This document shows positions 42,534 to 63,118 of a stretch of 64,000 nt of DNA, in pieces (position 1 is the first letter of the stretch; the number at the start of each line of letters is the position of its first letter). The translations under genes and the position numbers were made by a program. Location: contig CM074815.1 in the NCBI GenBank assembly GCA_037447605.1, positions 248,001-312,000 of the forward strand. Direction: 5' to 3'. The stretch comes from Zygnema circumcarinatum SAG 698-1b (lineage: Eukaryota > Plantae > Zygnematophyceae). A model generated the notes under the pieces. That model was not told the origin of the DNA. It made no database searches and saw nothing but the letters and a program-made list of their open reading frames with translations.

Positions 42534-43846
42534 AGATTGCGAGACTATCGCTGCGTGATTTCTATCTTCGACTACTCACGTGGTCGATTATTGGGGATTG
42601 ACTGGGAACATTGTTAGGCAAACAGAATTTACTTTCTTTATGCAGATTGCAAGTTGCGGCTGAACCGTTCTTCTGAAGAACGCTAATACTGTAGATGAAT
42701 ATGAACCAAGAGGGGTAAAGATTGAACAAACTTCTTAACTTTCTGCGTATGGGGAAAACAAGACTCTTTGGACAAACCATGTCGCCGTGCCAAAACGCGC
42801 CCTAACATGCGCCCTAACATGCACCCCAACTGTTGGTGCAGCGCCCTCCTTACGTGGTGCTGCCACCACTCTACTGTACCCTCGGTAGAACTAGACATCT
42901 TCAATGACTTGCTCAATCACACTCCAGAAAGTTGTGGACACAACACACTGAATGCAATAGAACAACTCAGCGGAAACAAAAAGATGTAAGGAGAAAGCCT
43001 CCAGCCTAAAACTCCTTGAGATAAAGATGAATACAACTTGACAACACTAGAGACAAGCTTCAAACACCTCAACCTCAAGCTGCATGGGCATGGCATGCCG
43101 CCTTGCCGTACTGTACAGTACCCCCCCCCTAATATATTCGCCATGGTTTCGACAAATATTAGGCGAAAATCTTGGAATTTGAAAATATAAGTCCGTGGTA
43201 ACAATATAGGCGGGCGGTATTATGCTTACTGCGGCCGTACTGTTTCCCTCTGTACGGAGGCGCATGGCCGCCTGGCGGACCCAGTCGCGAGCTCCTATTG
43301 GCACCGTACATATACCGTACGATTTAGAGCTGCTATCCGTACTTACCGTACAGCAGAATTGCGTGACCCATGTTTGAAATCCGTTTTAATTACAGATTTT
43401 ATATTGAAAAATAGGTCAGGTTAGGTTAACACCCCTAATACACAACACTGACACTGACTTACCGTACTAAAAGTGGTTTCCTCAAAATCAGGGCAAATTT
43501 CTTGGGTAACGAAAGTACTGTACTAGGGTGGAAAATAGGAAAGTTCAGACGCACCTCCTTTGTACAGTTCGCGCAAGGCAGCAGGAGGCGGAGTTCGTTA
43601 CGCGGGAGGAGTTCATTGAAAAAATAAAATAAAAATATGGGTTTTTAAAGTCTGTCAGTTTTGATTCCCGCCATTTCCGACTGCCGTCCGCGGACTACCA
43701 CTTTTTTCGCGTCTCGTTCCGTCATGTCACGGTTCACATCAATATGTTGCCGCGACCAATCATGTCGCTCCACGTGTTGCGCCCTTATACCTTGTAGACG
43801 CGCGCGCTTCGTACATTCAAATCACCATCCGTACACCCGATGAAAA

Positions 43847-44208
43847 GGAAAATTCTATTCTCACACCTTTTTTGTCTACACACAGGCCTCTTTTCGCCGG
43901 GCAGATTTTAAAATAGCACAAAAAAAGAACACACCTTTCACACCTTCTCACCTTTTTTTTTTCACCTTTTTTTTCCCACCTTTTTGAAATCGATACACAC
44001 CTTTCTCCATCGGGCAGATTTTACCCNNNNNNNNNNACGGCGCTCAGCCGCTCAGGACTAGTAGCGTGTATCGATTCCAAAAAGATGTGAAAAAAAAAGT
44101 GAAAAAAAAAAGGTGTGAAAGGTGTGTTCCTTTTTTGTCTATTTTAAAATCTGCCCAGCGAAAAGAGGTCTGTGCGTAGACAAAAAAGGTGTGAGAATAG
44201 AATTTTCC
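43847..44208. mobile_element. Foldback/MITE-like DNA element with about 150-bp imperfect TIRs and 8-bp TSD (Mutator- or hAT-like); internal 10-N gap
   Basis: The left arm GGAAAATTCTATTCTCACACCTTTTTTGTCTAC... (43847-43998) is the near reverse complement of 44066-44208. GATGAAAA flanks both ends (43839-43846 and 44209-44216). Confidence 0.85.
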
Positions 44209-44654
44209 GATGAAAAAAGGTCTGTATCTATTCTGAAAAGTATGAAACAGCATTTTTCGCTAAAAAATCCTTTGTGCAAGCTGCCCGGTGAAAAAGTGAC
44301 TGTTTTCAGAAAAAGGACACTGTAAATAGTACTTTCCTGGAAAATATTAGGGGGGGGTACTGTACAAGTCCGCCGCCCAGCCGTACAAATCCGCCGCCTA
44401 TGCAAGTTATGATTCGGTCCCCTTAGTTGACCTCGTCAGGGCCGTGGACTCCACTAAGGGTCTACGTGGCGCCACCTGCTTCGCCGCCGACATTCTGGCT
44501 ACTCCGTACCGGGCGCGCTGCGCGCACATCTTCGAAGGCCTGTACGGTCGACTGAAAGGTCCATCTTATAGGGACACGATGAGCACACTCCTCCCTTAGA
44601 ACTTAGTACCAATAACTTAGTGTATTACAAGTTCCAAACTACTCTACACTAACT

Positions 44655-45007
44655 CCAACATGCACCCCAACATGCGCCCCAACATGCGCCTCAACATGCA
44701 CCCCAACATACACCCCAACATGTGCCCCAACATGCGCCCCAACATGCGCCCCAACATGCGCCCCAACATGCGCCCCAACATGCGCCCCAACATGCGCCCC
44801 AACATGCGCCCCAACATGCGCCCCAACATGCGCCCCAACATGCGCCCCAACATGCGCCCCTACATGCGCCCCAGCATGCGCCCCAACATGCGCCCCAACA
44901 TGCGCCCCAACATGCGCCCCTACATGCGCCTCAGCATGCGCCCCAACATGCGCCCCAACATGCACCCCAACATGCGCCCCAACATGCGCCCCAACATGCG
45001 CCCCAAC
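44655..45007. repeat. 12-bp minisatellite (CCCCAACATGCG)n, about 29 copies
   Basis: Direct tandem units with occasional variants and no spacers. A short cluster of about 3 units of the same motif occurs at about 42797-42831. Confidence 0.95.
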
Positions 45008-45932
45008 AACCCGCCTAGTGCCCGCGCCAGCGCGCCACTGAAGGTGGGGGAGCCCCGCGGCGCGTACTGTACACGACGCGAACTTCGTGCTGTACGGTCC
45101 TCTGCCGACCGCTCCGTTCGCCCTAGCAAGCGCCCGGCCGTACGGTGCCGACCACAAGACAAATGGTCGCCTCGCAGCTGACCGCCATACCGTACTGTGC
45201 TGTGGTCGTACGACCCAGAAAGTTCGATTGTACAACTGAAAGCGTCACCGCAGTCACCGCCGTCAACGGCCATTAGAACATTTGCCTCCGGTCAGGGTCT
45301 GGGCCGTCGCCGAACTGCGCTCGAGTATCAGCCAATCGTGATCCGCCACGTGGATTTGTATAAACGTGGCGAGCCGCCATTCGTTGGAAAGTGTCCTTTG
45401 GGCCTTTTTGGAAGGCTGCTGGACCGGTATGTTAATTCTTGTCCTCCCCTTTATTTTCTTTTTTTTTACCTAGCACTTGGTGGTGTACGTTTCCCGGACC
45501 CTCGATTCTTTGTGCGCTTAACCTCAATGGAGGTGCCCATTACCCTCATTATGGCTTCTATGGGTACAGGCCCTACAGTACGGTACGGAAACTTGCTGTC
45601 TTCGACCAATCGCGACGTGACTCAGACACGTGCCGGCAGACCTTCCCTCCCTCCCTCCCATTCTGTCTCCTCCCTCCCATCCTCTCCCTCCCTCGCCTTC
45701 CCTCCCTCGCCTTCCCTCCCTCCCTCCCTCTCTCCCTCCTTCCCTGCCTCCCTTGCGCTCCCACTCCCCTCGCTTTTCCACAGCCAGTCAACGGATCTAG
45801 CTCCCTCCCTCTCTGCTTCACCGTCTCTCTCCCCTCTTCCTTCCGCCCCCAGTCAGCCGACGGATCTACCGCCTCATCCACTCCCTCCCTCCCTTTCCCT
45901 CCCTCCTCCCTCTCCCCCTCCTCCCTCCCACC

Positions 45933-47057
45933 ATGACTCTCGCCCTCCCCAAAGAGCTCCCCCGCGTGCAGTTGGGCGACCTCGCCGTGCTCCCTCTCGT
46001 CATCGGCTACTGCCTCTGCTCCTCCCTCCTCTCCGTGGTCAACAAAGCCGCCATTGATGTCTTCCCCTTCCCCTCCCTCCTCACCGCGCTCCAATACTTC
46101 GTCTCCGTCGCCGCCGTCTTCATTATGGGCCGTCTCAACATCCTGCATTACGACCCCCTGGTCCTCGATAAAGTCATCACCTATCTCCCGGCAGCGGTAG
46201 TGTTCTACCTCGCCATATTCACCAACACCACTCTATTGAAGTACGCAAATTTGGAAACGTTCATTGTGTTCAGATCTTCAACTCCCATCATAGTGGCGGT
46301 GGCGGATACCTTCTTCAGGGGGCAGCCGGTTCCCTCTGCTTATACTTTTTCTTCATTGGGGATCATCGTATTGGGGGCGATCGGCTATGTGATCACGGAC
46401 AGCCAGTTTTCAGTTAGGGCATATTCTTGGGCTTTCTCTTACTTGGCAGTGATCACATTTGAGATGGTTTACATCAAGCACATCATTCATAACATGAAAT
46501 TGAACACGTGGGGATACGTCTTTTACAATAACATTTTATCCCTCTTGATGGCTCCCATTTTCTGGATCATCAGTGGAGAATATGTGGCCACACGTGCCGC
46601 AAATACACATGATTGGATGAATTTTTGGACCGTCCTGCCGGTTTCCGTGTCCTGCCTATTTGGTTTAGCGATCAGTTTCTTTGGATTTGCTACGAGGACA
46701 GCGATCTCGGCCACTTCATTTACGGTGTTGGGGGTCACAAATAAACTGTTAACCGTTATAGTTAACGTATCTATATGGGATAAGCATGCTTCCCCAGCAG
46801 GGGTGGCCTGTCTGCTAGTGACCATATTGGGGGGGGTGCTATACCAGCAGTCGGTGGCGTGGGAGAAGAAGCAGGCAGACAAGATGAAGGAGATAGAGGA
46901 AAGTGAGCAGAAGGCGGAGCTTCTGCCCCTGAAGGGGAGAGAGGGAGAGGGAGAGGGAGGGAAGGAGAAGGACTTGGAGAAGTCGGTGTTCACCCTGGGA
47001 GAGGTGGGAGAGACGGAGGAGGAGGCGGAGCTGAAGAAGGTGGAGACTGGGAGGTAG
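45933..47057 (+). CDS. Golgi nucleotide-sugar transporter, GONST3/GONST4 (GDP-sugar) clade, single exon
   Basis: 374-aa uninterrupted ORF with about 10 hydrophobic segments. Motifs: LVIGYCLCSSLLSVVNK, LLTALQY, AIFTNTTLLKYANLETFIVFRSSTPIIVAVADTFF, WGYVFYNN, SCLFGLAISFFGF, SATSFTVLGVTNKLLTV, WDKHASPAG, GGVLYQQS. Confidence 0.93.
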   Translation: MTLALPKELPRVQLGDLAVLPLVIGYCLCSSLLSVVNKAAIDVFPFPSLLTALQYFVSVAAVFIMGRLNILHYDPLVLDKVITYLPAAVVFYLAIFTNTTLLKYANLETFIVFRSSTPIIVAVADTFFRGQPVPSAYTFSSLGIIVLGAIGYVITDSQFSVRAYSWAFSYLAVITFEMVYIKHIIHNMKLNTWGYVFYNNILSLLMAPIFWIISGEYVATRAANTHDWMNFWTVLPVSVSCLFGLAISFFGFATRTAISATSFTVLGVTNKLLTVIVNVSIWDKHASPAGVACLLVTILGGVLYQQSVAWEKKQADKMKEIEESEQKAELLPLKGREGEGEGGKEKDLEKSVFTLGEVGETEEEAELKKVETGR

Positions 47058-49188
47058 ATGGAGAGAGGGCGAGAGGGAGGGAGGGAGGGAGGGAGGGTAG
47101 TAGTGAGAGAAAGATGAGTTTCTGATTTTCTGTTTTTATATCTTCTAACCAGGTTGGAAGTGACATGATCACCACCCACAATGTCCGTACATCTGACGTA
47201 AGCACTGTCATTGCAGTGGCTTGATCGTTGCAGTTGACGTCAGCATTTGTACCATCTGACTGGGAGGGAGGAAGTGCCGGAGCAAGGGGGGAAGGGGTAG
47301 AAATGCAATTGAGGTTAATTTTTTTATCTTTTTTTTTTCTTTTTTTCTTGTTTTCTTTTGTATGTAAAAATTATAGTGCCTTTTGGGAGATCCGAATAGA
47401 GGAGATCGGTGGATCCTGCAAATGATTTCAGGGTTTAAGGTGCGAGGTTTTAGGGTTAACTTTTTAGGAGGAGGGGGAGGAGGTCGGACAGACGATCTCT
47501 CTCAATAATGAAAAAAAAAAAACACATTCATCTTTTTGTACGGGCATGAACTCAATCGCATTTTTGGAAGAAACCCATCTTTTTGTTGTTTTTGCTTTAT
47601 CTGAAATTCGAGAATTTTGGGACTCTGTTGGTTCTGAAAATTAGGGTTTTGGGGATATAGGATTGTAAAAATTTTGGATCTCTGGAAGTTAAGGGGATTT
47701 GAGGAGTCTGATTTTTCCCCGGATTTTAGGGATCGCCATACAAAGGGTTCTAAAATTTTACGAATTTTATTTCAGATAAAAATATGATGGAGAGGAAAAT
47801 ATGAAATATGGAATATGGTGGAATGATGGGGTTTCATAGGGTCGATTTTTCCGGAACTTTTTTGAGGTTTTCAAGATCAGGGTTTTTTAGAGCTGTTGGG
47901 TTTTAGATTCTTTTAGGGGGTCTTTAGGAGAGTTTTTGAGAGTTCTGCCGGTTTAGAAAATTAGGTTTCCTCATAATTTGTGTATTTTTTTGAGAGGGTT
48001 TGAGGATTTTTGTGTTTTTAGCTTCTTTAGAGATGTTTCTTTTGAACTTGTAGAAATGGAAAGCACTGGTTAGAATTCTAGTCTCTTTGTACCTCTCTCC
48101 CTCTGCCCCTCCCTCCTACCTCGCCCTTCCCCCTCTCCCTCTCTTGTCCCTCCCTCACGCAGCTCTCTCTCGTTCCTGTTCCTCTCCCTCCCCCACATCC
48201 CTCTCGCTCCCCTATCCCTCAGCCATCTCTCTCTCCCTATCCTTTCCCTCCACTTCTCTCCCCCTTTCCTCATCCGCCATCACTCTCTCGTTTTCCTCCC
48301 CCTCTCCCACCTCTCTCTCGTCCCTCTGCCTCCCCCGTTTCTCTCTCGCCTCTCCTTCCTCATCTCTCTTTCTTTCCTCTCCCTCCCCCATGTGTCTCTC
48401 TTACGTCTCCCTTTCCCATCACTGTCTTCCCCCTTCTCTTTCCTCCCCCATCCCAATATCTCTTTCGCACTATTTCTCTTCCCCCACTCTCTCCTCCCCG
48501 CACTCTCTTTCCTCCCCCTTCCATACCCCTCTCTCGTTCTTCTCCCTCCCCCACCTCCCTCCTTTTTTTCTCCCGTCCCATCTCCCTTTCCTTTTCCTCA
48601 CCCTCTCCCATTTCTCTCTTTCTTCTTTCCTTATCACTGTCTCGCCTTATCTCTCTCCTCCCCCATCCCATATCTCGCTCTCTCTCGTTTCTCACTCCCC
48701 CACTCTCTCCTCCCTCTTCTCTCTGCTCCCTGCTCCCCGTCTCTCTCACGCTTTTTCTCTCCGCACTGTATCCTCCACCCCCTCACTCACTCCTCTCTCC
48801 TTTCCCCCATCTCTCTCCCTCTCCCTTTCCCTCTCCCTCTCTCTCCCCCACTCCCTCTCCTCTCTCTCCCTTTCCCTGTCTCCCTCTATCCTCTCCTTCT
48901 CTCCTCTCTCTCTCCCCTATCTCTCTCTTTACTGTCTCCCTCTCCCTCTCCCTCTTCCCTCTCCCTCTCTCCTCTGCCTCTCTCCTCTGCCTCTCTCCTC
49001 TCCCCCTCCCTCCCCCTCTCCCTCTCTCTTCTCTCTCTCCCTCTCTCCTTCTCTTCCCTCGTCATGAATGGCCGGTTCGAGTAGAGCGGACTTCGTTTGA
49101 CTCATGCGACTGTAGGACCTGCCTGAAGGAATACTCTCTAAGCGACCACTCAACTAGTAATTTTGATTTAACAAATTAGGAAAACTAA

Positions 49189-49849
49189 GGAGAATGATAG
49201 ACCCTCCCCTCTTTTTGGATACCCCTTCCCCCTGAGTCTTTTTTGAGAGATAAAAATATGGGAGGGCCTGCCCGAATCCGCTCGGATCGGAAAATCCGTC
49301 CGACTCGCACATGCGAGTCCTCTTGTCCTCCACACTTGTGATGAATCTCAGCCGTCGATTCTCTCGCAGATCGCACCACGGAAACCGTTCGATCTGCAGT
49401 AGGGCTCGGTTTTAGCGAATGGCACGCGCCCACGTGTCTCGGTATGAAGGTCAGATGGTAAGTTCGCGGATGGCACGCGGCGGCGCCTGAACGCGTCCGT
49501 ACGGATATTGGTTGCCGAAATCAGGTTCGTACAAACTCCAGAGTTTACTCTGCACAGTCGCAGGTTCCAGGAAAGACCGTACGTTGAGGGCCTGGACCAA
49601 TCACAATATGTTACGTGATAAAAAAAAAATTAACACGTGGCACATGGTGATTGGATTCCAGTATTCCGCAGGCTGGCTGGTCCAGCTAGTTTTGCGGAGA
49701 TCTCGGGCCGAGGGACGAGAGGACTCGCACGTGCGAGTCGGACGGATCTTCCGCTCCGAGCGGATTCGGGCAAGCCCTAACATATTTTTGTCTCAAAACA
49801 TTTCAAGGGGACAGAATATCCAAAATGAGGGGAGGGTCTATCATTCTCC
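49189..49849. mobile_element. 661-bp non-autonomous DNA element with about 140-bp imperfect TIRs and 8-bp TSD
   Basis: It starts GGAGAATGATAGACCCTCCCC and ends GGGGAGGGTCTATCATTCTCC. The arms 49189-49330 and 49709-49849 are imperfect inverted copies. AAAACTAA flanks both ends (49181-49188 and 49850-49857). Confidence 0.88.
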
Positions 49850-50680
49850 AAAACTAAATTCAATCTTGATCACTTGCCATTTCGGGTTTATTCCCATCCT
49901 CGAAGGAATAAACTCTTCGCTCCCATCCTCACTGCTTTAGAGAAGTTTTCCTCCAACCATCTATCTTGATTCTCGCGAGTTCTAGAATGTGTGACATGTA
50001 AAATAATTCCTGCGCCATCTCTTGATGATTTTTAGGGTTTTTAGGGTTTCTGAACAGTAGCAAAAACAAAAGCACGTTCCGAACCCAAAAGAACATTCAA
50101 CCCCAAAAAATAACATAGTTTCAAGGTCTTCACAGGTTCAGCAACCAAACAAATGGAGATTATTTCTTGTTTCATATCACGGACTTGCAATCAATAAGTG
50201 ATCTACACCGGTCTGCATTCATAATGTAAGAGTAATCTCTCCCAGACTTCCTCCCTGAACCCTGAAGTAAACTGCAAACCCATCAAACTGCAAGGTTTAA
50301 GCATGAAAGGTCTCCTCCAGGGTTCCTCCAAGTACTCAATTTCTATGCGAATTTTATGTCCAAACCGTCAAATAAAAAGTGCAAACTTGACTCACATTGA
50401 ACGTACTCTCTCTCTCTCTCTCTCTCCCTCTCCCTCTTAGCGAATAAGGTGAGAGACGGAGAGAGTAAATGATTAGATGGGAGCTACAAATGAAGCGGTA
50501 ACAAGCATGGGTCACCGTTTGCTCCGCATTTTCTGTTTCCCCCTTTTTTTTTTTCCTTAGACTAAAAATCGGATGATTCCATGCAACGAATGTACACCTC
50601 AAATTGATCATCATCATGTGTCGACATCATCTAAGTTAACAGTTAAACAGAACGGAAATTGAACGGAACTGACATGTACA

Positions 50681-59282
<8,602 letters not shown>

Positions 59283-59320
59283 GGTCGAGAGAGCCAGATA
59301 GGGAGATAGAGAGCAAGTTG

Positions 59321-59351
<31 letters not shown>

Positions 59352-60500
59352 GAAGAGGGAAGAGGCAGAGGGGTGGGACAGATGTGGGGACCGAGAGCGA
59401 GAGAGAGAGAGGAATGGAGAGGAAGGGAGAGGCGGAGAGAGTAATGGAGGATGACGAGGTAACTAGGTTTAGAAGAAACCAGGCGGCGCCGGTTTCCAGT
59501 TTGCAAACCGAAGTTTCACGGTTTTCGATTTGGATTTCGAAGAATGGGGGCCAAAAGGGGTATAAGAAGGCAAGAAGAAACTAGGAATAGTCCCGTACGA
59601 ACGGTGTTCCATGCAACTAGACCGTTAGAATCGCGTTGTTCGTACAGGTTTGTGACTATAAGCTGAACTGTGGAACATATAAGCCACTAATGTGTACGGT
59701 TTTTTGTCCCAATTATGTACGAACGTGTACGTTCTGGATGATTATTTGTACGGATGGAAGGTTCAGGAAACCCAGGAATGAGGAACGGCTGAGATTCGGC
59801 CACCTAATACATCCGAATCTCTTGAGTGGTGAAAAATGTGCCACGTGGCGGTAAGGAAAGGTTTATGTGGTGGAGATTTTACCCGGGGACGGTTCTCGAC
59901 CTTGGCTAGATTTGTGGACTCGCGGGGTACAACTTGGCGGGGAGAGGTAAATCAGGACGGGTTCAACGACCAGATTCATTGAAACGAAAGATGTGGATGA
60001 CAAGAATGTCGGCAAGAGCTTCAGAAGCAGCCACGTAGGTCTGTACGACCGTCAACAGACGGACAAATCTGTGCGGACATATGGATTGGGCGTCCGTCTC
60101 GGTTGAAGTGACTGTACGGACAGTCCTCCGTAATTTAGAAAAAAAATCATAAATGTTCTATGCCCAAGTCACATATACCGTAGTCACATTTCCGAGAAAC
60201 TGTAACACACTTACACACAAGGAAATCGGTGAAATGAACAGAATTTATTTACATGGAACCACAGTCCCAAGGACCAAGTTATTGGGCGCAAGTTGCTGAC
60301 AAGAGACGATGGCTTTAAATTGCCATCACTGAAACTCATGCTCTGGCCTCTAGGCCACTCCCTCTCCCTCTCCCTCTCCCTCTCCCTCTCCCTCTCCCTC
60401 TCCCTCTACCCCCCCTCCCCTCTCCCTCTCCCTCTACCTCTCCCCCTCCCTCCTCCCTCTCCCTCTCCCTCCCTCCCTCCCTCCCTCTCCCTCTCCCTCC

Positions 60501-63118
60501 CCCTCTCCCTCTCCCTCTCTCTCTCCCTCACTCCCTGTCACACATACATTCGCATAATACCAAACCTAACTGTAAACTGTAAGATATTCTTGTAAAGAAA
60601 GTACCAAAAACGAAAAAACAAAAGCGGAAACTCAAAAAAGTGATTCCGATATCCGTGCAGTGCAGTCAGGGCCTCTCCTCGCAGCGAAGTACCGATTCCA
60701 CGCTCTGCATAGAACGCGCGTTCCATGGAGGCCTGTTAACTCTTAATGAGGGAAAAACTGAAACATGGAACGCGAGATTTTCAAACATTTGATAACCAAC
60801 GAAAGAGCCTGAAAAGCTCATGAGGCTCCACTGGGGAGGAGGGAAGGAGGGAGGGAGGGAGGGAGGGAGGAGAGGAGAGGAGTGAGAGATATGCAGAGAG
60901 GAGGGGAGGAGGGAGTAGAGGGAGTAGAGGGAGAGAGGGAGAGAAGAGAGGATGTGAAGCAAGGAGGTGAGAAGAGAGGAGAGAGAGGGGAGTAGAGAGG
61001 GCGGAAAGAGATGGAGAGCAGAGGAGAGAAGAGAGAGGAGGGAAGGACGAGAGAGGAGAAAAAGGAGCGAGGAGAGGTAGGGAGGGAGGAGGAGATAGGA
61101 GACAGAGAACAGAGAGGGAGGAGAGAGCAGCGAGAGGGAGGAGAGGAGAGAGAGGGAGGTAGGAGAGGAGAGAGGTAGAGGAGGTGACCTGCAGACATTC
61201 CGCTACCGCTTGTGCAGCCTCTCTATGAGCTGAGCAGATTGCCCTTAACTCGGAACGGGAGAGGAGAGAGGCCACGAGGGGAGGGACCTCCTCTTCTCTC
61301 CCACGACCCTGAATCAGAGATAAGACACAAAAAATATTTAAGTAAAGGAAATTTACTATAGAAAAGGAGGGAGGAAAAAGAAGTTTCAATTGCATTTTGA
61401 AGTAATATTAAGGTGGGAAAGGTAAGTGGGTAGAGGCCAGAGTGAGTGGGAGAGGGAGGGAGTAAAGAAAGGAGAGGGAGAGGGAGGGAGAGGGTAGGAG
61501 GAGGTGGGAGAGGAAGGCAACACCATGGCTGTGAGATTTTTCGCCAAAACTGCGTATGGTGGCGGCCAATTGGGAGCGAGCTGCAAAGCCATATACCCCA
61601 TTTGTACCCATGAAAAGAAAAAAAGAGCAAAAAAGAATAGTTAGAAGGAGAGAATAGAGGGAGAAGATTTTGAAAGTTTTCTGAAATATTCGACCAATGA
61701 GAGGCTGTTCTCACCTCGATGGCGCGCCATAAAAATCTTTCTCCGTCTTCCAGCAAACATTTTCGCCCTGCCCGACCGGCGAGCTGCCCTTTAGGAGCAG
61801 TTGCNNNNNNNNNNCCCTCTCCCTCTCCCTCTCTCTCTCCCTCACTCCCTGTCACACATACATTCGCATAATACCAAACCTAACTGTAAACTGTAAGATA
61901 TTCTTGTAAAGAAAGTACCAAAAACGAAAAAACAAAAGCGGAAACTCAAAAAAGTGATTCCGATATCCGTGCAGTGCAGTCAGGGCCTCTCCTCGCAGCG
62001 AAGTACCGATTCCACGCTCTGCATAGAACGCGCGTTCCATGGAGGCCTGTTAACTCTTAATGAGGGAAAAACTGAAACATGGAACGCGAGATTTTCAAAC
62101 ATTTGATAACCAACGAAAGAGCCTGAAAAGCTCATGAGGCTCCACTGGGGAGGAGGGAAGGAGGGAGGGAGGGAGGGAGGGAGGAGAGGAGAGGAGTGAG
62201 AGATATGCAGAGAGGAGGGGAGGAGGGAGTAGAGGGAGTAGAGGGAGAGAGGGAGAGAAGAGAGGATGTGAAGCAAGGAGGTGAGAAGAGAGGAGAGAGA
62301 GGGGAGTAGAGAGGGCGGAAAGAGATGGAGAGCAGAGGAGAGAAGAGAGAGGAGGGAAGGACGAGAGAGGAGAAAAAGGAGCGAGGAGAGGTAGGGAGGG
62401 AGGAGGAGATAGGAGACAGAGAACAGAGAGGGAGGAGAGAGCAGCGAGAGGGAGGAGAGGAGAGAGAGGGAGGTAGGAGAGGAGAGAGGTAGAGGAGGTG
62501 ACCTGCAGACATTCCGCTACCGCTTGTGCAGCCTCTCTATGAGCTGAGCAGATTGCCCTTAACTCGGAACGGGAGAGGAGAGAGGCCACGAGGGGAGGGA
62601 CCTCCTCTTCTCTCCCACGACCCTGAATCAGAGATAAGACACAAAAAATATTTAAGTAAAGGAAATTTACTATAGAAAAGGAGGGAGGAAAAAGAAGTTT
62701 CAATTGCATTTTGAAGTAATATTAAGGTGGGAAAGGTAAGTGGGTAGAGGCCAGAGTGAGTGGGAGAGGGAGGGAGTAAAGAAAGGAGAGGGAGAGGGAG
62801 GGAGAGGGTAGGAGGAGGTGGGAGAGGAAGGCAACACCATGGCTGTGAGATTTTTCGCCAAAACTGCGTATGGTGGCGGCCAATTGGGAGCGAGCTGCAA
62901 AGCCATATACCCCATTTGTACCCATGAAAAGAAAAAAAGAGCAAAAAAGAATAGTTAGAAGGAGAGAATAGAGGGAGAAGATTTTGAAAGTTTTCTGAAA
63001 TATTCGACCAATGAGAGGCTGTTCTCACCTCGATGGCGCGCCATAAAAATCTTTCTCCGTCTTCCAGCAAACATTTTCGCCCTGCCCGACCGGCGAGCTG
63101 CCCTTTAGGAGCAGTTGC
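60501..63118. repeat. Near-identical 1.3-kb tandem duplication split by a 10-N gap (probable assembly artefact)
   Basis: 60501-61804 is repeated at 61815-63118 (offset 1314). The first copy stops at the gap in the middle of an exon. Confidence 0.93.

Noticed and set aside
44639-45235. Tetrapeptide-repeat ORFs (GAHV, PNMR, PQHA) and a possible CRISPR-like array
   Set aside because: The 12-bp unit is stop-free in several frames by composition. There are no unique spacers, no cas genes, and the context is eukaryotic.
45933-47057. Intronless GONST gene as a retrocopy or horizontal transfer
   Set aside because: No poly-A remnant or TSD is visible, and to my recollection GONST3/4-type plant genes are normally intron-poor.
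48070-49084. 326-aa and 230-aa Ser/Leu/Pro-rich ORFs
   Set aside because: They are translations of a roughly 1-kb C/T-rich low-complexity tract between convergent genes.
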